From Gekko japonicus (lineage: Eukaryota), in the NCBI RefSeq assembly GCF_001447785.1, contig NW_015164181.1, positions 3,792,374-3,856,373 on the forward strand: a stretch of DNA of 64,000 nucleotides, written 5' to 3'. This document shows positions 1 through 12,855 of the stretch, one piece after another. The position numbers and the translations under genes were made by a program. Under the pieces are notes generated by a model. The model worked only from the letters and a program-made list of their open reading frames with translations. It was not told where the DNA came from and ran no database searches. Each line of letters starts with the position of its first letter. Position 1 is the first letter of the stretch.

Positions 1-213
1 CAGAATAATATGAATAGAGAAGATTGAGAACAATGTCAACTGGACTTATTAGAGGGGGTGGAACATTGCGGGAGGCCACAAGGGGAGGAGGAGGGGGAAG
101 AAATGGATATATGGAGAATATAAAATGTATGAATGTAACGATATTTGTTATTTGTTTAATATATCCAAACAATAAAATGTCTTTAAAAAAAAAACCCACC
201 AGGGTGTGCAGTC

Positions 214-487
214 AAGTTTGGTGTTGTGATAAAGTGCGCGGACTCTATAATCTGGGAGAACCGGGTTTGATTCCCCACTTCCACCTGCTGGATGACCTTG
301 GACAAGCCATAGTTCTGGCACAGCTGTTCTTGAAAAAGAGCAGTTTCTGTCAGAGTTCTCTCAGCCCCACCTACCTCACAGGGTGTCTGTGGTGGGGAGG
401 GGAAGGGAAAGGTGTTTGTAAGCCGCTCTGAGACTCCTTTGGGTAGTGAAGGGCAGGGTATACATCCAATCTCCTCCTCCTCCTCCT
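214..487 (+). mobile_element. tRNA-derived CORE SINE (Squam3-like)
   Basis: tRNA-like head (TTTGGTGT..GGGTTTGATTCCCC), CORE-like CCTACCTCACAGGGTG, (TCC)n tail. At least 10 related copies in the window. Confidence 0.8.
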
Positions 488-539
488 CAATATGGGTTAA
501 TGGCTTCTCAACTTTCCTTCGGGTACAATGGCATTGTAC

Positions 540-1125
540 AAAATGTGTACCCCACTTTTCTGCCCTCATAAGGGCCACCAAGGCAGCTAAGAAGTTAAAA
601 ACATACATAACAAAGCTACCTCTTAAAGACCACTAAAACCAGAAAAAACTATTAAAACCAGAGCTAAAAGACAACAATAATAAAACAACAAGACATTAGG
701 CGGGAAGGATGGATCACCAAGGGAACACCAAACAAAATGCCAAGTCTTCAGTCACTGGTGGAAGACAGCAACACAGAAGGACAGATGGATTTCCCTGAGG
801 AGAGAGTTCCAAAGTTTTGGGGCCATGACCGATAAGGCCCTCTGGCTGGGTTGCCGCCTGCCTAATCTTAGAAGGTGGGGGCACCAAAGCAAGGCCTCAG
901 ACCTGAGTGGATGGGTCAGTTCATAACGGAGAAGGCAACCCTTAAGTATCCTGGTCAACACCAGCACTTTGAACCATGCCTAGAAACAGACTGGGAGTGA
1001 CAGGGTTCCTACAACCCACATGTCAGTCAACATCCTGGCTGCAGCATTCTGCACCAACTGACGTTTCTGAACACTTTCCAAGGGCAGCCCCACACAGACT
1101 GCATTGCAGTAATCTAGTCTAGATG
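540..1125 (-). mobile_element. L2-clade LINE 3' fragment
   Basis: Minus strand reads SRLDYCNAVCVGLPLESVQKRQLVQNAAARMLT and, further 3', RALSVMAPKLWNSL, typical of the L2 ORF2 C-terminus. Boundaries approximate. Confidence 0.7.
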
Positions 1126-1649
1126 ACTCTTCCTCACCGTGGTTAAGGAAAGGTCAGTTTGGCCCCTTCTAATCCACTGCTGAGAACAGTGGGCTCTAAT
1201 CCATCGGCCATGTACAGGCTTTATTCCAGATCTTTTTCTTTCATCAAGGGTAAAAGGCAGTGATTCGGTGTGACCTTGCCTTAGTGAACGGAATTAGCTG
1301 GTAAGAGCTCTGCTGGTACCCAGACAGAAAAGGTGGCCCATGACGCACCACCCAGCCAACCACTAACAGCAAATAAGACATTTCAGGAGTCTAAAGAATT
1401 AGGGGGAAGAATCCCTTTTCAGTGCAGAAAAGGCCTCGTTGCCTAGTCACCCAGAGGGAGGGTTGCCAACTCCAGGTTGGTTAATACCTGGAGATTATGG
1501 GGGTGAAGCCTGAGAAAGGCGGGGTTTGGGAAAGGGAGGGACTTCAGTGTGGTATAATTAGGGTATAAGGCCACAGAGTACACCTTCCAAAGCGGCCATT
1601 TTCTCCAGGTGAACTGATCTCTGCCATCTGGAGATCAGTTGTAATTCTA

Positions 1650-1935
1650 GGAGAAAAGGAAGTCCTTCTTCACCCAAAGAGTGCTTAGCACATTGAAGTC
1701 ACTGCCACCGGAAGTGGCGGTGGCTACAAGCACTGACAGCTTCAAGAGGGAATTGGATAAACATATGGAGTAGAGGTCCATCAGTGGTATAGATAGGTCC
1801 GGGGCAAGTGATGCTCTGTATTCTTGGTGCTGGGGGGGGGGCCAACAGTGAGAGGGCTTCTAGTGTCCTGGCCCCACTGGTGGACCTCCTGATGGCCCCT
1901 GGTATTTTTGGCCAATGTGTGACGGAGTGTTGGGG
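1650..1935 (+). mobile_element. CR1 LINE 3' fragment
   Basis: AAAGGAAGTCCTTCTTCACCCAAAGAGTG...GACAGCTTCAAGAGGGAATTGGATAA is a CR1-type ORF2 end (FFTQRV...FKRELD). Confidence 0.6.
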
Positions 1936-2129
1936 CTTGGCACCCCTACCCAGAGGCGACTGTTAGGGTGCCACAGAGAAACAGACTATGGCTGGAATTA
2001 ACCCTGCTGGACACTCCTTTCTGTAAAATCCCTTCGCATTAAAATTCAAAGGTCTTGGGCAGAGAAAGGCTGGACAGACCACCCAATAGGAGCCCCTGTT
2101 CCTAAGGTCCCCCAACAAGAATAACAAAA

Positions 2130-2410
2130 AGAAGAAAAAGAGGAGATTGGGTTTATACCCCATCGTTCACTCCCTGAAGGAGTTTCAGAGCCGTTTACAA
2201 TCCCTTTCCCTTCCCCTCCCCACAACAGACACCCTGTGAGGTAGGTAGGTGGGGCTGAGAGAGCTCTTTCGAGAACTACTCATGAGAGAACAGCTCTGAA
2301 AGAACTTATGACTGACCCAAGGTCACACTAGAGCTGCAGGTGGAGAAGTGGGGAATCAAACCTGGTTCTCCCAGATTAGAGTCCACGCTCCTAACCACTA
2401 CACCAAACTG
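2130..2410 (-). mobile_element. Squam3-like SINE
   Basis: Reverse-oriented copy of the 214-487 family. Confidence 0.75.
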
Positions 2411-3182
2411 TGATAAGAGGAAAGAAAAAGGGAGCCATCCAAGGGTTTCCAGACCCCTGACTGGATCCCAAACACAGTCTTGAACCCCTAATTCAGTTTG
2501 GATGTTCTCATTCAATGAGGTGAGAAGGGAATAAAGAAATCACAGTCTCTTCTGCAGACATGGCTTTGCATGGGGGGTGGACAACAGAAAATCAGTTGTG
2601 ACTGACGAGTCAGTGTCGTGACAGCAACCCTCAGATCTCTTTGAATGGGGTGAAAATGCCACTCCTGCGGTTTCTAATCCCCAACGCATCTTGGAGAAGA
2701 TTCTCTAACCGAGGCAGGAGTCTGTGAGCAAGAAGCGGCAATAACACATTTTTCGAGCCCTGAGAACTGATAGGTCAGAATCTATCTTGGCAGCAGAGGA
2801 GTCGTGATTAAGAAGGTGGCAGAGACGTACAGTGTTTGTGAGGGAGGGAAAGACAGATTACAGGGCTGGAAACGAATCCCAAGCTAAACAACGTGGTGCT
2901 TTTGGACTGGCACATGGGAATTTGAAATATTTCTTCAGCTATGTATGGACTCAGGGCCAAAACTGCATTGCTTTGCTCCCCAACTCGTGAGGCATTTGAG
3001 CAGCCTTCAACTCTGTTTTGGGATATGAATCCAGGTCAGCTTGGGAAAGATCCTCAGTTGCAAGGAGCCAGAAGGGCTGGTTTTCAACAGATACAAAGCG
3101 ACTTCCCAGATTTTGTGTTCGATGAAGTGATGAGATTGCCCTCTGAGCAGGAGCGAAACACATTGCCTTTACCATTAAAGGA

Positions 3183-3428
3183 AAAGAAGAGACCGGATTT
3201 ATACCCTTCCCTTCACGTGGAGTCTCAGAGCGGCTTACAATCACCTTCCCTTCCTCTCCCCACAACAGACCCCCTATGAGGTAGGTGGGGCTGAGAGAGC
3301 TCTGAGAGAACTGCTCTTGAGAAAACAGCTCTGAGAGAACTGTGACTGGCCCAAGGTCACCTAGCTGGCTGCATGTGGAGAAGTGAGAAATCAAACCCGG
3401 TTCTCTAGATTAGAGTCTGCACCACACT
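3183..3428 (-). mobile_element. Squam3-like SINE
   Basis: Reverse-oriented copy of the same family. Confidence 0.75.
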
Positions 3429-3710
3429 AGATGAGGGGGCAAGGGTTCATAGGGCAATAGTCTTTTTTCTTCCCCCTGCGCATCACTCGAGAAAGCCTCC
3501 TTGAACTTGTGGCCAAAGTAACAGGGGTTTCTCCGGCCACCACCAAGAAGACTCCTCCAACAGCAACGCCCTCTTAAACCTGAGAGTGGGACCCCGGTCT
3601 GGAGAGCCTTCCGTGGATGCCTCAAGATCCCACTCCCCATCTTTTCATCTCCGCCCTGCAAGACCCACCCAGGTGCCTGTCTTCCTTCCCTTCCACCACA
3701 GGGCTGCTGC

Positions 3711-3916
3711 CAGTGTTCCCTCGAAGCTGAGTTGGTGTGAGCTAGCTCACAGTTTTTTAGCCTCCGGCTCACACATTTTGGTCTTAGCTCAGGAAGGACG
3801 GCTCAAGAACAAACTAATTTAGGCAGCAGACAAATCGCTTGCTCACAATTTTAATGCCAGCAGGTCACAAAGTAGAATTTCTGCTCACAAGACTCCACAG
3901 CTTAGAGGGAACATTG
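3711..3916 (+). mobile_element. ~205-bp hAT-type MITE (TIR CAGTGTTCCCTCTAAGCTG)
   Basis: Terminal inverted repeats. Five copies in the window (3711, 19514, 24382, 34826, 36871). Confidence 0.8.
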
Positions 3917-4099
3917 CTGCTGACTTCAAAAGCCTTTGCCAGGGTGACCCACTGGGCACAACCACCCCCCTGCCCCCATTCCAGGAGGCGGAGCCAACCC
4001 TACGACTCCTACCCCCCACATCCTTCCGACCCCACCCCACTGAATCCATCAGCGCCGCCCCCTCCTCATCCTCCTCCACCCCCTCGCTGAGGATGCTCC

Positions 4100-4760
4100 C
4101 CCGCCCCTCCCCCATCACCCTCCCCTCCCACCCTTCCTGAGGGGGCGGGGCGCCATCCCAGGCCCCTCCCCCGCAGACTCACCTGTTAGCTGGAGGCGAT
4201 TCTCGGCAGGCTCCTTTGGACGGAGGCGGCGGCGGCGGCGGCGGCGGCACCAGCAACGGACGCAGACACCGCGAAAGGAGCCGCCTGGCTGGGGAGGCAA
4301 CCGGAACTCGGGCTGCCTGGGAGGACCGACCATAGAACGCCGCCACGCCTCTCTGCCTAGAGAGAGCGGGAGCCGTAGAGATGAGGGAGGCCAGAGTGGC
4401 ACGCCCACTTCCGGATGCAGCAATGGGAACGGGGAGACGGCGGAGAGGGAAGGGAACCGCTAGGGGGAGGCATGCTCCCCGGCCTTGGGGCACTTCCTGT
4501 TTCAAATGGAACCGGCTTTCCCCCGCCCCAAACTCAAGCCGGATACCCCGGCGTCCCCCGCTCTCTCTGTCGCCCCGTACGGAACGTTGGCCGCTTACAA
4601 ATTCTGTTTAACCGGCACGTCGGCTGGTGGGACTTTAGTTTTCAACTAGTCTCTGTGAACTGGGATGGGAACCATAGAGCTGAACGCGAGGGTGTTCCTA
4701 GAACTATCCAACTGCCTTGAACTTCCGGTAGCAAATCGGTCGAAGCAAGGCGACTATAGT
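4100..4760. promoter_or_regulatory. CpG island, probable bidirectional AP2B1/PEX12 promoter
   Basis: Very GC- and CpG-rich. GC box GGGGCGGGG at ~4142. ETS/GABP motifs CACTTCCGG (~4406), CACTTCCTG (~4491) and ACTTCCGGT (~4721). Confidence 0.75.
4183..4410 (-). other. AP2B1: Non-coding first exon of a minus-strand gene, probably AP2B1
   Basis: Strong donor CAG|GTGAGT (intron begins 4182) inside the CpG island, and a (GCC)n tract. Identity rests only on the head-to-head AP2B1/PEX12 arrangement in mammals; no coding exon is seen in the window. 5' end approximate. Confidence 0.5.
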
Positions 4761-5444
4761 GAAAAGGAGGCTGAGAGGGAGGAGGAAGGTGGGTATTGTG
4801 GAGGGGGGGGGGAGGTGGAACTCCCTGCCACAGGATGTAATAATAGCCTTAAAAGAGAACGAGGCAGAGTCATGGAGAGTGTGGGTTACTGAGTGTCTGT
4901 TACGCAGTGCTTTCTTGTAATAAAACGGTGCCAGTTTTCATTGATAAAGCTGATCAAATTTCCACCAGTCAGGATTTGGGAGAGCCCCAACCTAAAGGTG
5001 CCAGTACTCAGTATTCGTAAGTGTTTAGTCCCCCCACACACACACGCAAAACCGCCGCTATTGTGTTGGATTGCTGAGTGGAACATCCAAGCTCAGAGGC
5101 CGTCTGCCTGAGACCAGTAGCCACTGGGGTTGGGGATAGGGTTGCCGGCTCCAGCTTGAGAAATAACTGGAGATTTGGGGGTGGAGCCTGAGGAGGGCGG
5201 GGTTTGGGAAGGGAAGGGACTTCAGAGGGGTATAATGCTATAGAATCTGCCATCCAAAGTGGCCATTTTTTCCAGGGGAACTGGTCTCTGTCACCTGGAG
5301 ATCAGCTGTAATCCCAGGAGTGTCTCCAGCCACCATCTGGAGGTTGGTGACCCTAGTTGGGGAACAACTGAGAACTTTTGCCTCCTTGTGGGTTTCCCAG
5401 ACGCAGCAGGTTGGACATTGTGGGAAGCAAGCTTGCGGGCCTTA

Positions 5445-5791
5445 GGCTCCGTTCACGCGGAGCATTTGCTGCGCTGAAGGCACGATAGTCCCGCAGATTT
5501 TCTGGGCGTGATCACACCAGAATATCTGGGAGGCGTGGTGAACCCGTAGCGTCCTGCCGAAGATGCGCAGTAAAAAACTACCTGGGACGACCTACTGGCA
5601 AATGGTTTGCCACGGGCTGCATGCAGACTCCCTGGGTGTGATCGCGCTGGTGCGTGGCTTTTTCCCCATCATCCTCTTTGCTGTGGGGAAGCCACCGTCG
5701 TGTCTGATCACATAATTGCGCATCAGAATGCGACGGCACAAATAGGCATTCCTCCCCCCCCCCCCTGTATTTTCCGTCACATATGGGGCTC
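5445..5791 (+). mobile_element. PIF/Harbinger-like MITE
   Basis: Begins GGCTCCGTTCACGCG, flanked by TTA. Homologous to the 46646-47024 element. Confidence 0.6.
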
Positions 5792-6716
5792 TTATTTATT
5801 TATTTATTTATTTATTTATTTGTTAAATTTATATCCCGCCCTCCCCCGTAGGGCTCAGGGCGGGGTTCCACAGCAAAAAACTTGCTCATAAAACATCGAA
5901 TACTATAATACAATTTAAAACCATAATATACAATTTAAAAACCTAAACAGATAATAAAGTGCTCAGACTACACAGTATCCATACTACAACATCAGAGAGG
6001 GCACCACATATCAAACATCCCTTCGTAGGCATAGTGTGAAGATGTTAATCAGATGGTTTCCTAGGGCCCTCACCCCCCCCCATTGATGGTATACAGCGGG
6101 GGGGGGGCAGCGGCGGCGGCCCCTAATCGAAAGAGCAAATGATTGCTCTTCTTGGGGTCAGAGTAACTGCTGACTTCACGCTAATAGCACAGCTAAAAAA
6201 ACAACCTTCTGCTGTATTGAAAATTTCTGTCGATTCTCAAGTGTTAAAGACATGGCAGTAGAATTTCTTCAAATGATTGTGTGTGGGGGTCCTACCACTG
6301 TCTGGAAAGTAAATATCCCTCTTTTTCTTGCTTGCGAAAAATGAAATCCCAGCTCCATAGAAAATAATGTGCTCCAAAACATAAACCATGCTTCAGGTTA
6401 GGATAAAGGTGGGCATATAAATATTTAGAATAAAGAAATAAACATGCTGGTTCAGAGATCAAATTTGTGGGCCAGGAAGAAACTCCAGTTCATTAAAATG
6501 CTGGAATTCAGCTGTCACAACAACCTGCCATTTGACCAGATGTTCCCAAAACCAGAAGGTCTTCTATCAGGGTTAGGTTTATGAAATGGGGAAGACACAA
6601 GAAATTGCAGCCATCATGCAGAAAATGCAGCCATCATGACCAAGAGAGCCTTTTTGCGGTCAAGCCCAACTGGCTTGGGCTTTTTTTGGCTTTTATACCC
6701 TGCTTTTCTCTACACT

Positions 6717-7065
6717 GGGGGCTGCGGTGGCTCAGTGGTTAAGATACTGAACTGCAGACTGGAAGGTCAGTAGTTCAGCAGTTCAACACCCAAATGCAGC
6801 ATGACGGAATGAGCTCCCGTCTCTAGTCCCAGCTCCTGCCAACCTAGCAGCTCAAAAGCAAGAAATTACAAGTAGATAAATAGGTAACGCTTCGGTGGGA
6901 AGGTAACAGCGTTCCGTGCGCCTTGGTGTTTAGTCATGCCAGCCACATGACCACAGAAACATCTTTGGACAGCGCTGGCTCTCCGGCTTGGAAATGGAGA
7001 TGAGTACTGCCCCCTAGAGTTGGATTCGACTGGCTTTCGAGCAAGGGAAACCTTTACCTTTACTT
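6717..7065 (+). mobile_element. Sauria SINE (Squam1)
   Basis: tRNA head GGTGGCTCAGTGGTTAAG, body GGAGATGAG..CCCTAGAGT, (ACCTTT)n tail, flanking CTTTTCTCTAC duplication. Confidence 0.85.
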
Positions 7066-7875
7066 TTCTCTACCCTGAGGAGTCTCAAAGTGGCTTACAA
7101 TCACATACCTTTCCTCTCCCCACAGTAGGTGCCTTGTGAGGCAGGTGGGGCTGAGAGAGTTCTGAGAGAACTGTGGCTGGCCATAGGTCACCCAGCAGGC
7201 TTCTTGTGGAGGAGGAGTGGGGAATTAAACCCAGATCAGAGTCTGCCACTTTTAACCACTCTACCACACTGGCTGCTTTGTTCTGGATATGGGGTGCAGC
7301 TGGGTTACATGAAGACGTTGCCTGATTCTTTAAAGATCAAATCACAAATCCCCTGTGAGAGACGTCACTCTCAGGGATGCATCCTATTCTTTTCCTTGTA
7401 GATCTATAGCTTATCCTTTCTGCTGTGGCATCTCGTGTGCAAAAAATGTAGTCGGTGGTCTTCATCTACTCTGTTTTTCAGAACTTGGAAATATTTGTGG
7501 CAAGGGGATCTGTGTTTAAAGCAGGAGGCAGACTTCCCATACGGAGATCTCAGAAGGCAATGAGAAAGGGACAGAGAACAACGGAAGTTCCCCAAATCTC
7601 ATGCCTGCACATTGAGGTCTAGAAGCTTTGTTTACAATAATGCACTCCAGAGCATTTCCCCATGATGAAAGCAGCTTCCCCAAATCTTGTGCCTGCACAT
7701 GGTCATCTTTGCACACTGAAGACTAGAAACATTGTTTGTTTAAAGTAATCAAGTCCGACGCAGTCAGGTGCTTCTGGCTAGGAACAGCTTTGAGATTGAT
7801 TCTGGCAACAGATTCTATTTCATTTGCAAAAAACATCACAGGAGGGGTCCCGGATTCCTCGTCGCTGGAGAAGCC

Positions 7876-8001
7876 ATGGCAGAGCACGGGGCTCACCTCA
7901 CCACGGCCTCGGCCTTTGAGGACAGGCCGTCCATCTTCGAGGTGGTGGCCCAAGACAGCTTGATGTCAGCCGTGAGACCTGCGCTTCAACATGTGGCTAA
8001 G
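7876..8001 (+). CDS. PEX12: Peroxisome biogenesis factor 12, coding exon 1
   Basis: GCCATGG Kozak context; [42 protein letters not shown]; donor AAG|GTAAAA at 8002; 126 nt. Confidence 0.97.
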
Positions 8002-8691
8002 GTAAAAAAGAGCTTCCCACAGCTGGGCTGTAGCAGCAGCAGATCCCTGCTTGCTTCCCTGTGTTTGTCTTTAGAATGGTGAATGGCCAAAGGCTTTTTT
8101 TTTTAAGTACCCTTTTTATTGACTCCTCCAAAATAATAGACCACAGAAAAGTCTAAATGTTGAACTGGATTTTCTAAAGATTATTTGGTCTAAGACCAAC
8201 ACAGCCACACTTGTAGGAAGAACATAGATGGAATTGTTTTCCTTATCAGAATGAATTTGCTAAGTTTAATGACATTTTGCCATTGTAAATTTGATTGAAA
8301 GGTGGGATGAAAATCAAAGCCGGTCTGCACTTCAAGTGTGGTGCGGTGGTTAGAATGTCAAGGCTCTGAGAGACCCGGGTTCAAATCCCCGCTCTGCCAT
8401 AGAAGCTTGCTGGGTCAGTCACACTCTCTTGTCTGACCTGACTCACAGGGTTGTTGGGAGGATAAAACGAAAGACAGCCCTGTAAGCTGTTTTGGGGACA
8501 AAAGGTAGAGTATAAATGAAGTACACCAATTAAACAGAGGAGAATAATAAATACCCATTGATTCCAAAAGTGTTTTCAGTAGCACTTTTACATAACTACA
8601 CTGGTTGAAAAGGAAACAGAAAACTCATTCTAGGGCTCCTGTCCTGGGACAAAGGGAGGGAGAGAGAAAAGAGGTCACAGTACAGTTGCCC

Positions 8692-8963
8692 TGCCAGTTT
8701 GGTGTAGTGGTTAAGTGCCCGGAGTTTAATCTGGGAGAACCAGGTTTGATTCCTCACTCCTCCACTTGCAGCTGCTGGATGACCTTGGGCAAGCCATAGT
8801 TCTGATAAGAGCTGTTCTTGAAAGGGCAGTCCTCCAAAGAGCTCTCTCAGCCCCACCTACCTCACAGGGGGTCTGTTGTGGGGAGGGAAAGGGAAAGGAG
8901 TTTGTAAGCCACCCTGAGACTCCCGAGTGAAGGGCGGGGTATAAATCCAATCTCCTCTCTTCT
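8692..8963 (+). mobile_element. Squam3-like SINE (PEX12 intron)
   Basis: Full-length copy of the family. Confidence 0.8.
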
Positions 8964-9008
8964 GTCGTTCTTGATATTAATACCAGCCTCCCCTGTCTCA
9001 TGTGCTAG

Positions 9009-9565
9009 GTGCTGGCAGAATCCAACCCTGACCGTTACGGCTTCCTCTGGCGCTGGTTTGACGAACTCTACACCCTCCTGGACCTGTTGCTCCAGCAGCA
9101 CTACCTGTCCAGCTGCAGCGCCTCCTTTTCTGAAAACTTCTACGGCTTAAAGAGGGTCCCACTGCGAGGCAGCAGGAGGCTGCCCAGCTGGCCGGCCCCG
9201 TTCGGGCTGCCGCAGAAGCAGCACTGGAAGTCCCTCTGCTTGCTGGTCCTCGTCCCTTACCTGAAAACAAAGCTGGAGAAGCTGGTCTCCCGGCTGCGGG
9301 AAGAGGACGACTACTCCATCCACCCCCCGTCCTCGTCCTGGAAGCGCTTCTACAGGGCCTTCCTGGCAGCCTACCCTTTCGTCAACCTGGCGTGGGAGGG
9401 CGGCTTTCTGGCCCAGCAGCTGTGCTACATCCTGGGGAAGGCCCGGCACCACTCGCCCCTGCTGAGACTCGCCGGGGTGCACTTGGTCAGGCTCACGGCA
9501 GAAGATCTACAGGCCCTGGAGAAGAAACTGCTGGCTGCGAGTGCAGCTCAGCCACCCACCTGCAG
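9009..9565 (+). CDS. PEX12: PEX12 coding exon 2 (Pex2/Pex12 N-terminal domain)
   Basis: Acceptor CTAG|G; [21 protein letters not shown]...[13 protein letters not shown]...; donor AG|GTGAGT at 9566 (phase 2). Confidence 0.97.
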
Positions 9566-9699
9566 GTGAGTATGAACGGAATCCCAGAGAGCCCTGGAGC
9601 TCCAAGATCAGAGCCAGACCCATCCGATCAGTCAAGAAAAGTTTGCTCAACTCAACCGATTGAATACTGACCCCGTATTTTCAAAGCTCTGATTTAATT

Positions 9700-9974
9700 A
9701 AGAAGAGGAGATTGGATTTATACCCCGCCCTTCACTACCCAAAGGAGTCTCAGAACAGCTTACAAACTCCTTTCCCTTCCCCTCCCCACAACACACCCTG
9801 TGAGGTAGGTGGGGCTGAGAGAGCTCAGACAGAAACTGCTCTTTTTCAAGGTCAGCTCTGACAGAACTATGGCTTGCCCAAGCTCATCCAGCAGGTGCAA
9901 GTGGAGGAGTGGTGAATCAAACCCGGTTCTCCCAGATTAGAGTCCGCACACTTAACCACTATACCAAACTGGCT
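9700..9974 (-). mobile_element. Squam3-like SINE
   Basis: Reverse-oriented copy. Confidence 0.8.
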
Positions 9975-10635
9975 CTACACCAAAAAAGACAGGGAAAAAA
10001 ATACTTATTCACAAGGTGGATGTTTCTCCTAATTCTCAAACCAGAGAAGCCTCTCCCCGTATATTCGCCAAAGAGCTCTACGCTTTCTGGACCAGCACCA
10101 GTTGGTAGTCCCTGGCCCAAAAGACATCTGTCTTGCCTCAACCAGGGCCTTTTTGCTCCTAATTGAGATCAGGGTCCTGTGGAATTTGTTGCAGTTTCAC
10201 AGGTCTTGCAAAACGGAGCTGTTCCGCCAGGTCTTCGGCTGAAGCAGCAGATGTCAAATAAAATTGGCCTCCCCTGCCTCAGGCCTTAAGTCTAATTGGT
10301 TCATGTGCCATTGAGATCTGCCGGAGCAGCAGATCCACTCCGCCAAATGATCTACCGAGCTCCCTGGCATAAGTGAAGGTGTCACTGCAATGGATGCTAA
10401 TTACTGAGCTGCTAATAGGTTTTAATTGGGTTGTCCAATTTTAAACCGGTTAATGTTATTTTAATGCTGTAATGTTTTATAGCATTAACATTGTTGTATG
10501 AAATTATGTAAGCCACCCCGAGCCTGCTTGCAGGGTAGAGTGGGGTAAAAATCCCAAAATCAATCAATTAATTAATGTGAAAAGATAAAATTGCCTCAAA
10601 TTAATGAGTTGAAGAAGAAGTGGTTGAAGTGGTTG

Positions 10636-10915
10636 AAGAAGAAGAGAAGAGATTGGATTTATACCCCGCCCTTCACTACCCAAAGGTGTCTCAGAGCGGC
10701 TTACAAACTCCTTTCCCTTCCCCTGCCCACAACAGACACCCTGTGAGGTGGGTGGGACTGAGAGAGCTCTTGACAGAAACTGCTCATTTTCAAGAACAGG
10801 TGTGCCAGAACTATGGCTTGCCCAAGGTCATCCAGCAGGTGCAAGTGGGAGTGGGGAATCAAACCCGGTTCTCCCAGATTAGAGTCCGCGCACTTAACCA
10901 CTACACCAAATTGGC
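10636..10915 (-). mobile_element. Squam3-like SINE
   Basis: Reverse-oriented copy with (GAA)n tail on the plus strand. Confidence 0.8.
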
Positions 10916-11578
10916 TCTGCTTGGCATGCAGAAGGTCCCAGATTCAGTCCCCAGCATCTCCATCTAAAAGGACCAGGCAGGAGGTGATGTGAAAGACCTC
11001 CGCCTGAGACTCAGGAGAGCTGCTGCCAGTCAGAGTGGACAGTACAGACTTTGATGGACTGATGGTCTGCTTCAGTATAAGGCAGCGTCCTCCGTGTGTT
11101 CAATATGTTTAAGCAACATCAGGCAAGGGTTCTGTAAATATGAATAGAAGAGCACCAGGCCCAGTTTACAATTTTGGTTAATAAACAAATAAAGCAACAT
11201 CATAGCAGCTCATAAAACAAAAAAACCCACCAGGTTTTAAAGGCAGTTAGTTTATGTAGCGCAGGTCAAGTGCTTCTTCTTTGGAGATGCCTGCAGTTCC
11301 AGGAAGTGGCCAGTGGAGGGGCTGTGCTCTAGGGCTGGAGGTGAGCTCCACATGACTCTGTCCTCGCTAGTACAGAAACCAGCATGAAATACAAAAAGCC
11401 GCCACCTTTTGGGGGGCATTCTTGGCTTACGGCATATTCGATGAAGATTGTGGTCAGCATCCAGCAAGGAAGATCCTGTTGCCCTTCTGCTTGCAGCCGA
11501 GCAGGGATCTGAGTACTTGCTTTGTCTGTTGGCCCATGCCTCTTGTCCTACTTTTGTACCTCTGTCTCCCTTCTTCAG

Positions 11579-11978
11579 TGTGAAAGGCCAGGTGAAGTCG
11601 GCTGTGAAGAAAGCCTTGGGGGGGCTGGCCTTCTCCCTCTCCACCGGCCTCTCCGTCGGAGTCTTCTTCCTCCAGTTCCTGGAGTGGTGGTACTCGTCCG
11701 AAAACCAGGAGACCATCAAGTCGCTGACTGCCCTGCCCGCCCCGCCACCGCCCCTGCACCTGGACCACGACACAGCTTCCCCCCTCTTGCCAAAGCTCAG
11801 AACCATCTGCCCGCTCTGCCGCAAGATCCGAGCCAACGACACGGCCCTCTCCACGTCTGGCTTCGTCTTCTGCTACCGCTGCGCTTACAACTACGTGAGG
11901 AGCCATCAGCGGTGCCCCATCACGGGTTATGCCACAGAACTTCAACACCTTGTCAAATTATACATGCCTGAAAACTGA
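11579..11978 (+). CDS. PEX12: PEX12 coding exon 3 (C-terminal RING finger)
   Basis: Acceptor TTCTTCAG|T; [10 protein letters not shown]; CPLC...SGFVFCYRC...CPITG; stop TGA at 11976-11978. Joined CDS is 1083 nt = 360 aa. Confidence 0.97.
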
Positions 11979-12581
11979 GCGGGGGGGAGGCATCCTTGAT
12001 CTTGGGCACCAGGTGGGAGTTTCTGTAGTGTGTTTGGGAAAATACCTGAGATGGTGGCAAAGAGACATTCCAGAGTATGTGGTCTCTGTGATCCCCTGAC
12101 CTGTTATACCCACCCCGTGGGAAGCAGTTGTGCTTTGTGGGAGGGGGCCTGTCTACTGAGGATTCACCCCCATTTCTTCCCCCTCCAACTCTTAAGTCCC
12201 TGAACTGCAAGAAGTCTTGATTTTAAGGGATATGCACTTGAATGTTTACACAATGTATACAAACCAACTTCTGTGTTTTGGCTTGCCACTGCCTGGGCCT
12301 GCCTTGCTTTGGGGATTGTGCGTATGTTTATACAAACATGTACCTATGCTGCTGGACTCTGAATGTGTACCCATGCCGTCACCCCCAAAGTTCACCACTG
12401 AATCCATCTCTTTTTCCCTATTATAAAACAATGAATAACGTATTTGCACCAAGTAAACTAAGCGGGGAGAGGCCATTTTTGGGAGGGTTTGTGACATGCA
12501 CATGTAAGTGATATACAAAGACTTCAGTGTAAAGAAAAAATCAAGTGCAAAATTGTGTGGCCAGGAGAATGATAGGTAGAA

Positions 12582-12855
12582 GGGGAGGAGGAGATTGGAT
12601 TTATACCCCGCCCTTCACTACCCAAAGGAGTCTCAGAGCAGCTCACAAACTCCTTTCCCTTCCCCTCCCCACAACAGACACCCTGTGAGGTAGGTGGGGC
12701 TGAGAGAGCTCTGACAGAAACTGCTTTTTCAAGGACAGCTCTTATCAGAACTATAGCTTGTCCAAAGTCATCCAGCAGCTGCAAGTGGAGGAGTGGGGAA
12801 TCAAACCCAGTTCTCTCAGATTAGAGTCCATGCACTTAACCACTACAGCAAACTG
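12582..12855 (-). mobile_element. Squam3-like SINE
   Basis: Reverse-oriented copy. Confidence 0.8.

Noticed and set aside
214-290. tRNA-like sequences here and at many other SINE heads
   Set aside because: They continue into SINE bodies and tails and lack a proper cloverleaf, so they are not tRNA genes.
4115-4720. Overlapping Arg/Pro/Gly-rich ORFs
   Set aside because: Expected by chance in a CpG island; no homology recognised.
11252-11948. 200-aa and 164-aa minus-strand ORFs
   Set aside because: Antisense shadows of the GC-rich PEX12 exon 3; no recognisable domain.
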